A DNA stretch of 64,000 nt. Source: Nibricoccus sp. (GTDB taxonomy: Bacteria > Verrucomicrobiota > Verrucomicrobiia > Opitutales > Opitutaceae). The translations under genes and the position numbers were made by a program. Numbering within the stretch: the stretch's first letter is position 1; each line of letters starts with the position of its first letter. The notes under the pieces are model-generated. The model saw only the letters and a list, made by a program, of their open reading frames with translations, was not told the origin of the DNA and searched no databases. This document shows, in pieces, positions 40,325-49,988 of this stretch. The stretch is from positions 672,001-736,000 of the forward strand of contig JASGHG010000001.1 in NCBI GenBank assembly GCA_047602425.1, written 5' to 3'.

Positions 40325-40855
40325 TTAGGATTCGGGCGCCGGGATGGGCGAACGCGAGTTCGTCCGCACGCCGGTCGCCACTTCGAGCTTTTCAATGTAA
40401 TCGCCAATTTGCTCCAGGGTCGCGCCATACCAGACGATCGGACCATCGAGCTGTTTCTCCCAAAAAGTGCGGACGGCCGGACTCATATAGTAAGCCGTCG
40501 CCAGAAAATAAAAACCTTCGTCCTGATCGAATGGCACCGTCCAGGTGGCCCAGCAGGCGCCCAGATCGATTTTTTTCTTCAACTCTTCCGAGCCTTCGTA
40601 GTTGTGCAGATCGACCAGGCCCATGCTGTGATCTTCAACCAGATGATGCAGCACGTCCTCCTCTTTGACGACTTTCATCTCGAAGGAAAGGACGCTCAAT
40701 ACGCTGCATTGACGCGGATTGTCCTCATTGGCGATCTCGAGCAGCCGTTCGTTGGCGGTCTCCAAATCCTCGATCTTGATGAGATTCATCTCGACCAAAT
40801 TTGCGCCAAGCAAACGGTTGGCGCGCATCATCAGGGAACGGTGTTCGTTGGCCAT
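40325..40855 (-). CDS. Stand-alone protein resembling the GspE/PilB N-terminal (MshEN-type) domain
   Basis: 176 aa; RLLGANLVEMNLIKIEDLETA resembles RLGxxLVxxGLI..xxLxxAL; tightly spaced between obgE and the ATPase. Confidence 0.6.
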   Translation of the reverse strand: MANEHRSLMMRANRLLGANLVEMNLIKIEDLETANERLLEIANEDNPRQCSVLSVLSFEMKVVKEEDVLHHLVEDHSMGLVDLHNYEGSEELKKKIDLGACWATWTVPFDQDEGFYFLATAYYMSPAVRTFWEKQLDGPIVWYGATLEQIGDYIEKLEVATGVRTNSRSPIPAPES

Positions 40856-40866
40856 GGATTAAGGAT

Positions 40867-41884
40867 TCAGGAAGTGGAACGGGACGTGCGTCGACGTCCA
40901 CGAATGCGTTTATGAAGCGTTTTCTTGAGTTCGTCGAGCCCATCGCCGCTCAAGCAGGAGATCTCAATGAGCTCGCCTTTGTACTTCCGGCAAAACTTGG
41001 TGAGATTGGTGGCGGCTCCTTCGAGATCCATTTTGTTGGCCACAATCAAACGAGGCTTCTCGACGAGCGCCTTGTCGTAGAGTTCGAGTTCGTTGAGCAA
41101 GGTTTTGTAGTCCTCGCGCGGATCGCGTCCGTCGACACCCGCCATGTCGATGAGAAACATCAGGAGCGAGCAACGCTCGATGTGCCGGAGAAAACGATGG
41201 CCGAGGCCGCGATTCTCGCTGGCGCCTTCAATCAGTCCGGGCACGTCGGCCAGCAGCAGCCGATCGTCGTGTTCCGGGTATTCGATCACGCCAATCTGCG
41301 GGTGCAACGTGGTAAAAGGATACGCCGCCGTCTTCGGATGAGCTTTGGTGATGCAGCCGGTGAGCGATGACTTGCCTGCGTTGGGAAAACCGACCAATCC
41401 AATATCGGCAATCGTTTTTAGAATGAGCCGGTAGTTGCCATGCTCGCCGGGATGCCCGGGATTCGAGCGTTTGGGCGCACGGTTGGTGGACGACTTGAAA
41501 TGAGTATTGCCCCAGCCGCCGTTGCCGCCCTTGCAAAGCACGATTTGCTCGCCGTCCTTGATCACCTCGGCGACAACCTTGCCCGTCTCTTCGTCGATCA
41601 CGATTGTGCCCAGTGGCATCTTCAAAATGCGGTGTTCGCCATCGCGGCCATGCTGGTCGGAGCCTTGACCGTGTTCGCCGCGCTCGGCGTTCCAGTGCGG
41701 TTTGTATTTATAGTCGATGAGGTTGTTGGTATCATCGTTGCCGACGAGAATGACATCGCCGCCGCGACCGCCATCGCCGCCGTTGGGCCCGCCCCAAGGC
41801 TCATACTTCTCGCGTCGGAAGCTGATGCAGCCGCGGTCCGCCGTCACCGGCTTGAACTTTTATGACACATTCGTCGACAAACAT
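40867..41884 (-). CDS. obgE: GTPase ObgE/CgtA with an apparent +1 frameshift near 41837
   Basis: ATG 41884 gives MFVDECVIKVQAGDGG; the conserved continuation RGCISFRREKY..GGPNGGDGG, GFPNAGKS, YPFTTL, DVPGLIEGA, NKMD lies in another frame (track ORF 40867-41847). Confidence 0.93.
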
Positions 41885-42020
41885 GAGGCGAGATTTACAG
41901 AGAGTGTTTTAAAATACGAGGATACACTGACAATTCGAGACCAGCGGCTGGCCGCAACGGATAGCCAGGTTCGCAGGCAAGCGAAAGAGAACAGCTTGAC
42001 CGAACACTTACATCGGTCCG

Positions 42021-43334
42021 TCAAATGGAAATCTTGATGCCTTTTCGGAGGTACGTCGGCACATCGAGGTCCTGTCCTTCGAAGAGATTGCGGTCGGTTT
42101 TATCGAAAAATCCGCGACTCTCGATTTCGCCGAAGGCAAACAATTCCTCCTGATCGGCCGTTGCTTTCGGCTGCGATTTGGAGGCGGTGGTTTTGCCAGC
42201 CGTGGCAGGCGCAGGCGTCACCGTGGCGGTAGCTGCGACGGCGGTGGACAAGCGCGGCTGCTCTTCAAAGGGGAAACTCGTGGGCGATGCAGACGCTTTC
42301 GGTTTCTGCGCCGATGCTGGACGCCGTGCCACTACGCCGCGTCCGCCAATCTCGGTTGTGCCGAGCACGCAGACTTCGACTTGATTTTGCAGACTCTCGT
42401 CGATCACGGCACCCATGATGATGTGCGAGTCGCGGCCAAATTGCTCGGTCACAGCCGTCATGATCTCGTTGACCTTCGGAAGCGTCAGATCGGTGCCACC
42501 CACGATGTTGACGAGGATGCGGTCGGCCTTGCGCGAAAACTCCGGCGTGTGCAGCAGCGGGCAGAGTTTCAAACTCTCGATCGCCTGCGAAACGGCGTTT
42601 TCGCCCGAACCATTACCCAGGCCGAAAAGGGTTTTACCACCGCGCTGATAGAACGCCTGACGCAGTGTCGCAAAGTCCAGATTGATCAAGCCGGTGCGAA
42701 ACATCATCGCCCAGATCGAACGGACCGCGCGGCCAATCCATTCGTCGGCGCGGGCGAAGGAATCAAGCGCCGTTTCATTTTCCTCTGCCTCTTGAAGAAG
42801 CATGTCGTTGGGCAGCGGAATAACGGCGTCGCAACAGCGCCGCAGCGCTTGCAGCCCTTCTTCGGCTTGTTTCACGCGACGTCCGCCTTCAAAGGTGAAT
42901 GGCATCGTCACAAACGAAATCACAAGTGCGCCCGCCTCCGACGCCACTTCGGCCACGACCGGTGCCGCACCGCTGCCAGTGCCGCCGCCCATGCCGGCAA
43001 TGAGAAATACGAGATCGCAGCCTTTCACGATCGCGGCGATTTTTTCGCGATCAGCCTCAGCCGCTTCGCGTCCAAGATCAGGATCGCCACCGGCGCCCAG
43101 GCCGCGGGTCACGGAGGTGCCGATAAGGACTTTGTCCTGCACCGGCGACGTGGAGAGGGCCTGATAGTCGGTGTTGATCACCGCCATTTGCAGGCGCTCA
43201 AGATTTTCCATCTTGAGTCGGTCGACGGCATTGGAGCCGGCGCCGCCTACGCCGATCAATTTGATCGCGATGCTGCGGTCGGCCAGCGCCTCGGTGGTCA
43301 GGGGAAGCTCGTTGGGATTCATGTTCGATTGCAT
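42021..43334 (-). CDS. ftsZ: Cell division protein FtsZ
   Basis: GVGGAGSN, GLGAGGDP, GMGGGTGSG, PFTFEG, C-terminal DLDVPTYLR. Start 43322, 43334 or 43343. Confidence 0.96.
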   Translation of the reverse strand: MQSNMNPNELPLTTEALADRSIAIKLIGVGGAGSNAVDRLKMENLERLQMAVINTDYQALSTSPVQDKVLIGTSVTRGLGAGGDPDLGREAAEADREKIAAIVKGCDLVFLIAGMGGGTGSGAAPVVAEVASEAGALVISFVTMPFTFEGGRRVKQAEEGLQALRRCCDAVIPLPNDMLLQEAEENETALDSFARADEWIGRAVRSIWAMMFRTGLINLDFATLRQAFYQRGGKTLFGLGNGSGENAVSQAIESLKLCPLLHTPEFSRKADRILVNIVGGTDLTLPKVNEIMTAVTEQFGRDSHIIMGAVIDESLQNQVEVCVLGTTEIGGRGVVARRPASAQKPKASASPTSFPFEEQPRLSTAVAATATVTPAPATAGKTTASKSQPKATADQEELFAFGEIESRGFFDKTDRNLFEGQDLDVPTYLRKGIKISI

Positions 43335-43339
43335 GGCGC

Positions 43340-44551
43340 TCAAGCGTTGGCGAACAGGCGGCTGAAGAACCCTGCGCTGCGACGACGGCTGGACGAAGCA
43401 GCCGCCTCGGCGCTGGAGTTAAGTCCGAAATACAGCAATCCGAGCGCCGTACTGAAGCCCGGGTCACGCAGGTTTTCGTTGATGTAACCGGGCGTTTCGC
43501 CCAACCGGGCCGTAGTACCAAAAACCTTGGCCGCGGCCTCGGCGATGCCGGGCAGTTTCGAGGTGCCGCCGGTCAGCACCACTCCCGCCGCGGTGCGTTC
43601 GGGCACAAAGGTCATGCCGAGTTTTTTCTTCACGACTTCAAAAATTTCCCAGACGCGCGCCGACGTGATCTGTTCGATCGCCTGGCGCGGAAATTGCCGG
43701 TCGCCGATGGCGAAATCGCCATTGAGCCAGACTTTGTCGCTCTTGTCGCGGGCGGTGACGGTGCCACGGCCAAAACGGATTTTAAGTTTTTCCGCCTGTC
43801 CCTCGGTTAGACGCAAACCGAGGCTGAGATCGTTGGTCACATGACCGCCGCCGACGGAAACCACGCCGGTGGTGTAAGCGCAGCCGTCGTAATAGAGCAC
43901 ATAGTCGGTCGTACCGCCGCCGATATCGATGACGAGCACACCATTTTGCCTGTCTTCCGCGGAGGTCACCATCGTGCCCGTGGCGAGGCTGGACAAAATC
44001 AGTTCCGCCACCGGGACGTTGAAGCCGCGGATCACATGAATGTTATCGGCGATTTTATTTTCCTGACCATGAACCGTCCAATATCCTACCTCCAAACGAT
44101 GCCCGACCAAATGCTCCGGATCCGGCACGAGACGCCCATCGAGGCGGAATGGCCGGCGGATGTTGTGCACGACCATGCGCCCCTCGGGCAGCGCCTTGCC
44201 TTTCGCAAGGCGACAGACGGTGTCGATATCGACGGTGCTCACCATGTTGTCGGCGGCGGAAACGTTAACCGCAGCCTCATTGTAGAAGCCTTCCAGGTGG
44301 CCGCCGGTTTGGGCGAGATAAACCTCGTCGATGCGGACGCCTGCGTTGCTCTCAGCCGCGAGAAGTGCGCTGTGCGTCGCGTCGCTTGCCGAGCGAAAAT
44401 CCATGACCGAGCCCTTGACTACGCCACGCGACTGGCATTCGCCAAAACCGATGATGCTGAGACTGCGGCCTTGCGACAGCTCGCCGATCAGCACGGTGAC
44501 TTTCGAGGTGCCGATTTCGACGGCACCGATGTATTTGGTTCTAGAGCTCAC
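43340..44551 (-). CDS. ftsA: Cell division protein FtsA
   Basis: EIGTSKV, IDIGGGTT, VGGGHVTNDL, AEKLK, VLTGGTS; GTG 44551 is the probable start. Confidence 0.95.
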   Translation of the reverse strand: MSSRTKYIGAVEIGTSKVTVLIGELSQGRSLSIIGFGECQSRGVVKGSVMDFRSASDATHSALLAAESNAGVRIDEVYLAQTGGHLEGFYNEAAVNVSAADNMVSTVDIDTVCRLAKGKALPEGRMVVHNIRRPFRLDGRLVPDPEHLVGHRLEVGYWTVHGQENKIADNIHVIRGFNVPVAELILSSLATGTMVTSAEDRQNGVLVIDIGGGTTDYVLYYDGCAYTTGVVSVGGGHVTNDLSLGLRLTEGQAEKLKIRFGRGTVTARDKSDKVWLNGDFAIGDRQFPRQAIEQITSARVWEIFEVVKKKLGMTFVPERTAAGVVLTGGTSKLPGIAEAAAKVFGTTARLGETPGYINENLRDPGFSTALGLLYFGLNSSAEAAASSSRRRSAGFFSRLFANA

Positions 44552-45593
44552 GAGAGGGAAAAGTAATGGCGGTGAAAAGTACGTTGCGCGGCGGCGTGGC
44601 GCGGACAGAGGGCGCCTCCACCGGCGGTCTTGTCGGTGCCGAACGGTTTGTGCCAGTGCCTGCCGGCTGGACGGCTGGCGTGCCGAAGACGACAGGGACC
44701 TGTGCCCCACCCTTCATTTCGCCAAGCGCGAGGTTGACCGATACGGCTGGGTTCTCCGCCTGAATGCGGCCTTCGGCGACGATCATGTCGAGCATGGCGA
44801 TCTGCCGGTGAAAATCCCCAACCTTGTCGCGCGTACCAAAAACGATCTCCTTGATTTCCTTTGAACGCACGATGATGAAACCGTCGGCCTCGAAGCGCGC
44901 AAGCGATACAACCGACCAGTTTCGGAAAAGCGCCGGAATATTCACCTGGGCGTTCATCAATAGATCAGCCACCTTGTCCATTCCGGGAACGGGCTGGAAC
45001 TGACCTTTCGTACGCTTCAGACCCACGTCGGCCAGATAAGGCAGCGAACCAATCATAGCCGGGTCGTAACAGCTGCCATCGTAAATCACGCCATCGCGGG
45101 CAACGAGCAAGTCCTTCGGCGCCGCGTCGCCCAATTGGGCATGCACACGAACCACCGGCCAGCGCTCCTCGATCATCACGACCAGAGTCGCGGGAAATTT
45201 TCTCGTGAGCACGGCGTTGCGCACCTGTCCGGTGCTCAGCAAACGCGCCTGCAACGCTGGCAGATCCAGATCCATCAGGCCGGCGTTTTTCGGGAGCGCG
45301 AGCACGCGTGTGACCCAGGCCTTGTCGAGCACGCCGTCGGAACGGGTCTCAACTGACTTGATCGGTTCGCTCTTCACCGGCGATTTGATCGCCATGGGAT
45401 TTCGTTCCCATGTATTGAAAAGTTCATACGCGCCCCACCCGCCGAGTCCGAGCGCAAACATCGCAGCCAGACTTTTCACCGTCCTCACGAGCAGACGCTT
45501 GCGACCTTCCGACGACATGGCCTTGGGCGCGATCGACTGTTGGATGTCGCGCCAGGTTCGGACTGCGGGAGAAGATGTGATGACGGTGCTCAT
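44541..45593 (-). CDS. ftsQ: Cell division protein FtsQ/DivIB
   Basis: Single TM, POTRA-like ..RKFPATLVVMIEER.P; position between ddl and ftsA. Confidence 0.85.
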   Translation of the reverse strand: MSTVITSSPAVRTWRDIQQSIAPKAMSSEGRKRLLVRTVKSLAAMFALGLGGWGAYELFNTWERNPMAIKSPVKSEPIKSVETRSDGVLDKAWVTRVLALPKNAGLMDLDLPALQARLLSTGQVRNAVLTRKFPATLVVMIEERWPVVRVHAQLGDAAPKDLLVARDGVIYDGSCYDPAMIGSLPYLADVGLKRTKGQFQPVPGMDKVADLLMNAQVNIPALFRNWSVVSLARFEADGFIIVRSKEIKEIVFGTRDKVGDFHRQIAMLDMIVAEGRIQAENPAVSVNLALGEMKGGAQVPVVFGTPAVQPAGTGTNRSAPTRPPVEAPSVRATPPRNVLFTAITFPSREL

Positions 45594-45597
45594 GGGC

Positions 45598-46527
45598 CTA
45601 CGATTGTGCTTTTGCGGCGTGAAAACGTTTCAAGGCGGGAGAAACCAACTCTCGGACCAAGGCTGAAAAATCGAGTCCGACACATTTCGCGCTCATCGGC
45701 AGCAGGCTGGTCTCTTTCATGCCGGGCAGCGTGTTGATTTCGAGTAAAAACAATCCGTTTTTCTCAGAAAAAATAAAATCGACGCGCGCATAGTCCCGAC
45801 AACCACACGCAGCGAACGCGGCTTCAGCTGCCGAACACACTTGCGCGGTCTGTGCGTCGCTCAAATTTGCGGGCGCGCTGTATTCCGTCATGCCCTTCGT
45901 GTACTTGCTCGTAAAATCATAGACGCCGGACTTCGGTTTAATCTCCACGATGCCCATCGCGCGACCGTTGAGCACGCCAACCGAAAGTTCGCGACCGAAA
46001 ATCCGCTGCTCGATAATCCAGTTGCCGCTCGTCACGGTCACGAGCGCTTTTTCCAGTTCCACGCGTCCGGCGATGATATGAAGCCCCACGCTGCTGCCCT
46101 GGTCGGTCGGTTTGAGCACGAGTTGCTCGTTGAGCGTAGCCAAGACTTCGTCCGCCGAAGGTTTTTTGTCAGCCGAGAAAACCATATCCTTCGCTCCGCC
46201 CACGCCTCGCTTCGCCGCGGCGCGCTTGGTCAGGACCTTGTCCATGGTCAAAGCGCTTGAGGCTGCGTCACAGCCCGCATAGTGCACACCGGCAGAATCG
46301 AGCAGGCGCTGCATGCCGCCATCTTCGCCGAATGTCCCGTGTAGGGTTGAAAACACTACATGGCGGGCCGGATTGAGTTCGTCGGGCAACTCCTCGCTCT
46401 TGATATCGAAAAGCTTCGTCGGGAAATGCCGGGCCAGCGCAAGCGCACTCGCCGCGCCGGAACCCAGGGAAACTTCGCGTTCAGCGGAAACTCCGCCGGA
46501 AAAAACAGCAATGATCGGTTCATTCAC
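45598..46527 (-). CDS. ddl: D-alanine--D-alanine ligase
   Basis: GGVSAEREVSL, LHGTFGEDG, MDK, GSSVG, YDFTSKY, RVDF, LEINTLPGM. GTG 46527 overlaps the upstream stop (ATG 46542 is an alternative). Confidence 0.96.
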   Translation of the reverse strand: MNEPIIAVFSGGVSAEREVSLGSGAASALALARHFPTKLFDIKSEELPDELNPARHVVFSTLHGTFGEDGGMQRLLDSAGVHYAGCDAASSALTMDKVLTKRAAAKRGVGGAKDMVFSADKKPSADEVLATLNEQLVLKPTDQGSSVGLHIIAGRVELEKALVTVTSGNWIIEQRIFGRELSVGVLNGRAMGIVEIKPKSGVYDFTSKYTKGMTEYSAPANLSDAQTAQVCSAAEAAFAACGCRDYARVDFIFSEKNGLFLLEINTLPGMKETSLLPMSAKCVGLDFSALVRELVSPALKRFHAAKAQS

Positions 46528-48857
46528 AGGACATCTCTCCATTCTTTTCCGTACAACAAAACCTCCGGCTCCAACCGGACACCCTTCGTCGCTTCGACGC
46601 GGGCGCGGACCCGCCGCATGAGTTCGATGATGTCCGAACTCGTGGCGTTGCCGCGGTTCACTATGAAATTTGCATGCACCGTCGACACCTCGGCGCCACC
46701 GACGCGCTCGCCCTTCAAACCAGCGGCATCGATCAACCGGCCGGCCGAATCTCCTTCGGGATTTTTGAAAACGCAGCCTGCACTCGGTTCGCGCGGTTGG
46801 CTCTTTACCCGCTTGTCACGATAGACGTCGATCTGGCGCGCGATCGCGTCGCTCTCGGAAGCCGACGCCGAACGGATCAGCGCACCGAGCGCGATCGCCT
46901 CCTGCAACTCGTCGCAATGCCGATAACCGACGTGAAGATCGGCCTTTTTCAAAATCCGCGCATCGCCGTCCCGCGTCATGAGTTGAACTTCCTCAACCAC
47001 ATCAAACATCCAGCCTCCCATGGCGCCGGCGTTCATGCGGAGCGCGCCGCCCACGTTGCCCGGGATGCCTTCAAGAAATTCGAACCCGGTCAATCCGGCC
47101 TTCGTCGCCAGGCCGCAGAGATTTTTCAAACGCAGGCCCGCGCCAACCCACACGCGACCGTTGCCCATCGGCTCGAAGGTCTGCCATGCGGGATTACCCA
47201 GTGAAATCACAAGGCCTTCCACGCCTTCGTCGGGCACGATCAAATTCGAACCGCGGCCCAGGATAAAAATCTCGATTCCACGCGTCTTCGCCTCGCGCAG
47301 TAAACCGCTCAGGTCGTCCGGCGTCGCCGGTTCGGCGTAAATGCGGGCGGGGCCGCCGACGCGCATCGTGGTTTTTTCCGCGAGCATTTCCTCACGCTTG
47401 ATTTTCGTCGCGGCGGAAACGCGCGCGCGCAACACATCGGCCAGTGCGTCCCAGCGTTTCACCGCGCGCACTTGCTGCTCGACGAGTTCGAGCCATTCGC
47501 GCGCCTGCTGGTCAATATCACCCGCACCAACAAACGCCACTAAATCGCCGCTTTTGATGTCGCTCTTGAGTCCATCGAGCATAAACGCGCCATGCCCCGG
47601 ATAATAGGCCACCGGAAGCGCGGACGCGTTGCGGCGCAATTCCGCATAGAGATCCGCGGTCGTGCCGCCTTCGACGTGCGCCTCACCCGCCGAATATACA
47701 TCCAATAGGTACAAACGGTCGGCCTGGGCCAGCGCCGCCGCAAATTCCACTTTGAATTGCGCAGTCCGGCTAAAACGGTGCGGTTGAAACACCACAAGCA
47801 GACGCCCTTTTGCCCTGCGGCGCAAACTTGTGAGCAAGGCCCGGATTTCCGCCGGATGATGTGCGTAGTCCTCAATCACCGTCAGGTCCTGCGTCGCATG
47901 CAGCACCGATTGGCGGCGCCGCACTCCCGGGTATTGCGCCAGTAGATTCTCCGAAAATTCCGCGCCCATCAAGTGGAGGGCCGCCAGCGCCGCAGTGGCA
48001 TTGCTGGCATTGAAATCGCCCATGGCCTGAACCGCGGCTTGTTTGAGCGGGAAAAGTCCGTTTAAAGCCAACTTAGTCGAACCATCGGTTTCCGACAAAA
48101 TGCTTGCGCGGTATCCACCGCTGCGCCCAAAGGTAATCACCGGGGTCGATTTGAGCTGCGCCGTCGCCCGGGCCGACAGCGCACAGGCATCGCTGACCAG
48201 CACAGCCTGGCGCGTGCGGCCGAAGAGCGCCACAAATGTGGCCTCCAGATCCTCCAATTGGCGATAGTGGTCAGGATGATCCCAATCGAGGTTCACCGCC
48301 ACGGTGATCTCGGGGGAAAACCGCTCGATCGTGCCGTCGCTCTCGTCGATTTCCGCAACAACCCATTCATTAGAACCAATGCGGGCCGGAGCCACATTCT
48401 CGTCGTTAAACAGGCCGCCCAGCACGTAACCCGCGGAGAAACCAGCCCGGCGCAGCGCCGTGACAAGCATCGCGCACGTGGTCGTTTTGCCATGGGAACC
48501 GCATACGGCCACTAGCTTCTTCTCGCGCACGATTTCCGCCAGAAATTCACCGCGGCGCACGAGTTGAATTTGTCTCTCGCGAGCCGTGATATGCGTCGGG
48601 TGTTTCGGCGAGATGGCCGAGGAGCACACGACCAATTCGCATTTCTCCGGCAATCCTCCAGCGGGAGTCAGGGTGATTTTTTCCCGTTCGAGCTGCAACA
48701 GCATCGCCTCGGTCATGCCATCGTCTTCGCCACTGACTTGAAAACCGAGCTGAGCGACATAGATCGCCAACGGTCCCATGCCCATTCCTCCGATGCCGAC
48801 GAAATGAACCGACGCTATGTCGCGGGAATAGATTTTCGGCAATGGTATGCGTCTCAT
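46524..48857 (-). CDS. murC-murB: Fused MurC (L-Ala ligase)-MurB (enolpyruvate reductase)
   Basis: N-terminal HFVGIGGMGM, GSHGKTTT, EIDESDG, DYAHHP, FQPHR; C-terminal TTMRVGGPA, GRGSN, GIPGNVGGALRMNAGA, SAGCVFKNP, HANFIVN, LEPEV. Confidence 0.95.
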   Translation of the reverse strand: MRRIPLPKIYSRDIASVHFVGIGGMGMGPLAIYVAQLGFQVSGEDDGMTEAMLLQLEREKITLTPAGGLPEKCELVVCSSAISPKHPTHITARERQIQLVRRGEFLAEIVREKKLVAVCGSHGKTTTCAMLVTALRRAGFSAGYVLGGLFNDENVAPARIGSNEWVVAEIDESDGTIERFSPEITVAVNLDWDHPDHYRQLEDLEATFVALFGRTRQAVLVSDACALSARATAQLKSTPVITFGRSGGYRASILSETDGSTKLALNGLFPLKQAAVQAMGDFNASNATAALAALHLMGAEFSENLLAQYPGVRRRQSVLHATQDLTVIEDYAHHPAEIRALLTSLRRRAKGRLLVVFQPHRFSRTAQFKVEFAAALAQADRLYLLDVYSAGEAHVEGGTTADLYAELRRNASALPVAYYPGHGAFMLDGLKSDIKSGDLVAFVGAGDIDQQAREWLELVEQQVRAVKRWDALADVLRARVSAATKIKREEMLAEKTTMRVGGPARIYAEPATPDDLSGLLREAKTRGIEIFILGRGSNLIVPDEGVEGLVISLGNPAWQTFEPMGNGRVWVGAGLRLKNLCGLATKAGLTGFEFLEGIPGNVGGALRMNAGAMGGWMFDVVEEVQLMTRDGDARILKKADLHVGYRHCDELQEAIALGALIRSASASESDAIARQIDVYRDKRVKSQPREPSAGCVFKNPEGDSAGRLIDAAGLKGERVGGAEVSTVHANFIVNRGNATSSDIIELMRRVRARVEATKGVRLEPEVLLYGKEWRDVL

Positions 48858-49987
48858 GTCGTCAAGCGGGGGGTTGGTCGCGCGAGTTCGGGTCCGGTTC
48901 CGCGAGAAGTCATCTCTTCAAGGTCATTGAGCATTTCGTCGATGGCGTTCGCACGATCCATGCGTTCCAGGTTCGCGCGAAATTTGTTCATCAACCAGTC
49001 GTTGAAAAGCACGTCTTTCACCTCGCCGTGCAGGTCATTCATGCGCTCCTGCGCGATCACAAGGCCGCCGCCCTGCATTTCGAAATAGCGGGCGTTTGCC
49101 CACTGGTGATTGTCGGCAGCGTGTGGATAGGGAATGAGAATAGCCGGCGTGGTGCAGCGAATGAGCTCGGCAATGGTGCCGGCGCCAGCACGGGAAACGA
49201 CAAGGTCCGACGCCGACATCAACGCGCCCATCCGATCGCAAAAAGGTATGAACAGCGCCTTGATCGGTTCACCGGTGCGTGTGCGCAATTCGCGCACTTC
49301 CGCCTCGCGCTTTCCCAAACCGGTTACGCAGCAGACTTGCACGCCCTCAAGCGCCAGCGCCTCGGCTTGTTCATAGGCCCAATTGTTGAGCGATGTCGCA
49401 CCCTGGCTGCCGCCGAGAATGGTGAGCATCTTGAAACGTGGATCGAGACCGAAACTTTGGCGCGCCGTTTCAAGGGGCGTGCGCTCAATTTCCTTCCTCA
49501 CCGGCAAGCCCATGTGGCGTATCGCCGCCGGCGAAACAGCGCCCATGTGAATGCCCGGTGGCAAATACACGCGACGTGCCAGCCGTCCGAGCAGCCGGAT
49601 CGCACGGCCTGGCACACGGTTCGCCTCATGCAGAACCACCGGTACTTTGAACATTGCGCCCGCGACGATCACGCTCGCCGTGGTAAACCCGCCGAAGCCC
49701 ACGACGCCGTCGGGGCGTTGCTTGCGCACCAGGTTGATCCCGATAAAGAACGCCGACGTCTGCTTGAAGACGAACCGGAAAAAACCGACAGGATGCAGCG
49801 AAAAAGGCGCGCTGGGAATGCGCCGGAATGTGAGGTGCGAATATTTTTCGATCAGCCGCGCGTCGACTTTTTTGTTCGAGATCAAAAGGGTCGCCTGATG
49901 CCCCCGCGCGACCAGCGCCTCGCCGAGCGCGATGCCCGGCGAAAGATGTCCACCCGTGCCGCCGCAGGAAATCAGGAATCGCTTCAC
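48854..49987 (-). CDS. murG: Lipid II GlcNAc transferase MurG
   Basis: GGTGGHLSP, GFGGF, HEANRVPG, GGSQGA, SRAGAGTIAE, HQ..NA. Confidence 0.96.
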   Translation of the reverse strand: MKRFLISCGGTGGHLSPGIALGEALVARGHQATLLISNKKVDARLIEKYSHLTFRRIPSAPFSLHPVGFFRFVFKQTSAFFIGINLVRKQRPDGVVGFGGFTTASVIVAGAMFKVPVVLHEANRVPGRAIRLLGRLARRVYLPPGIHMGAVSPAAIRHMGLPVRKEIERTPLETARQSFGLDPRFKMLTILGGSQGATSLNNWAYEQAEALALEGVQVCCVTGLGKREAEVRELRTRTGEPIKALFIPFCDRMGALMSASDLVVSRAGAGTIAELIRCTTPAILIPYPHAADNHQWANARYFEMQGGGLVIAQERMNDLHGEVKDVLFNDWLMNKFRANLERMDRANAIDEMLNDLEEMTSRGTGPELARPTPRLTT

Positions 49988-49988
49988 C

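Noticed and set aside
41834..41840. obgE (and murF) as true pseudogenes or programmed frameshifts
   Set aside because: Both are normally essential and otherwise intact, with no slippery sequence; an error is more parsimonious, though unproven.
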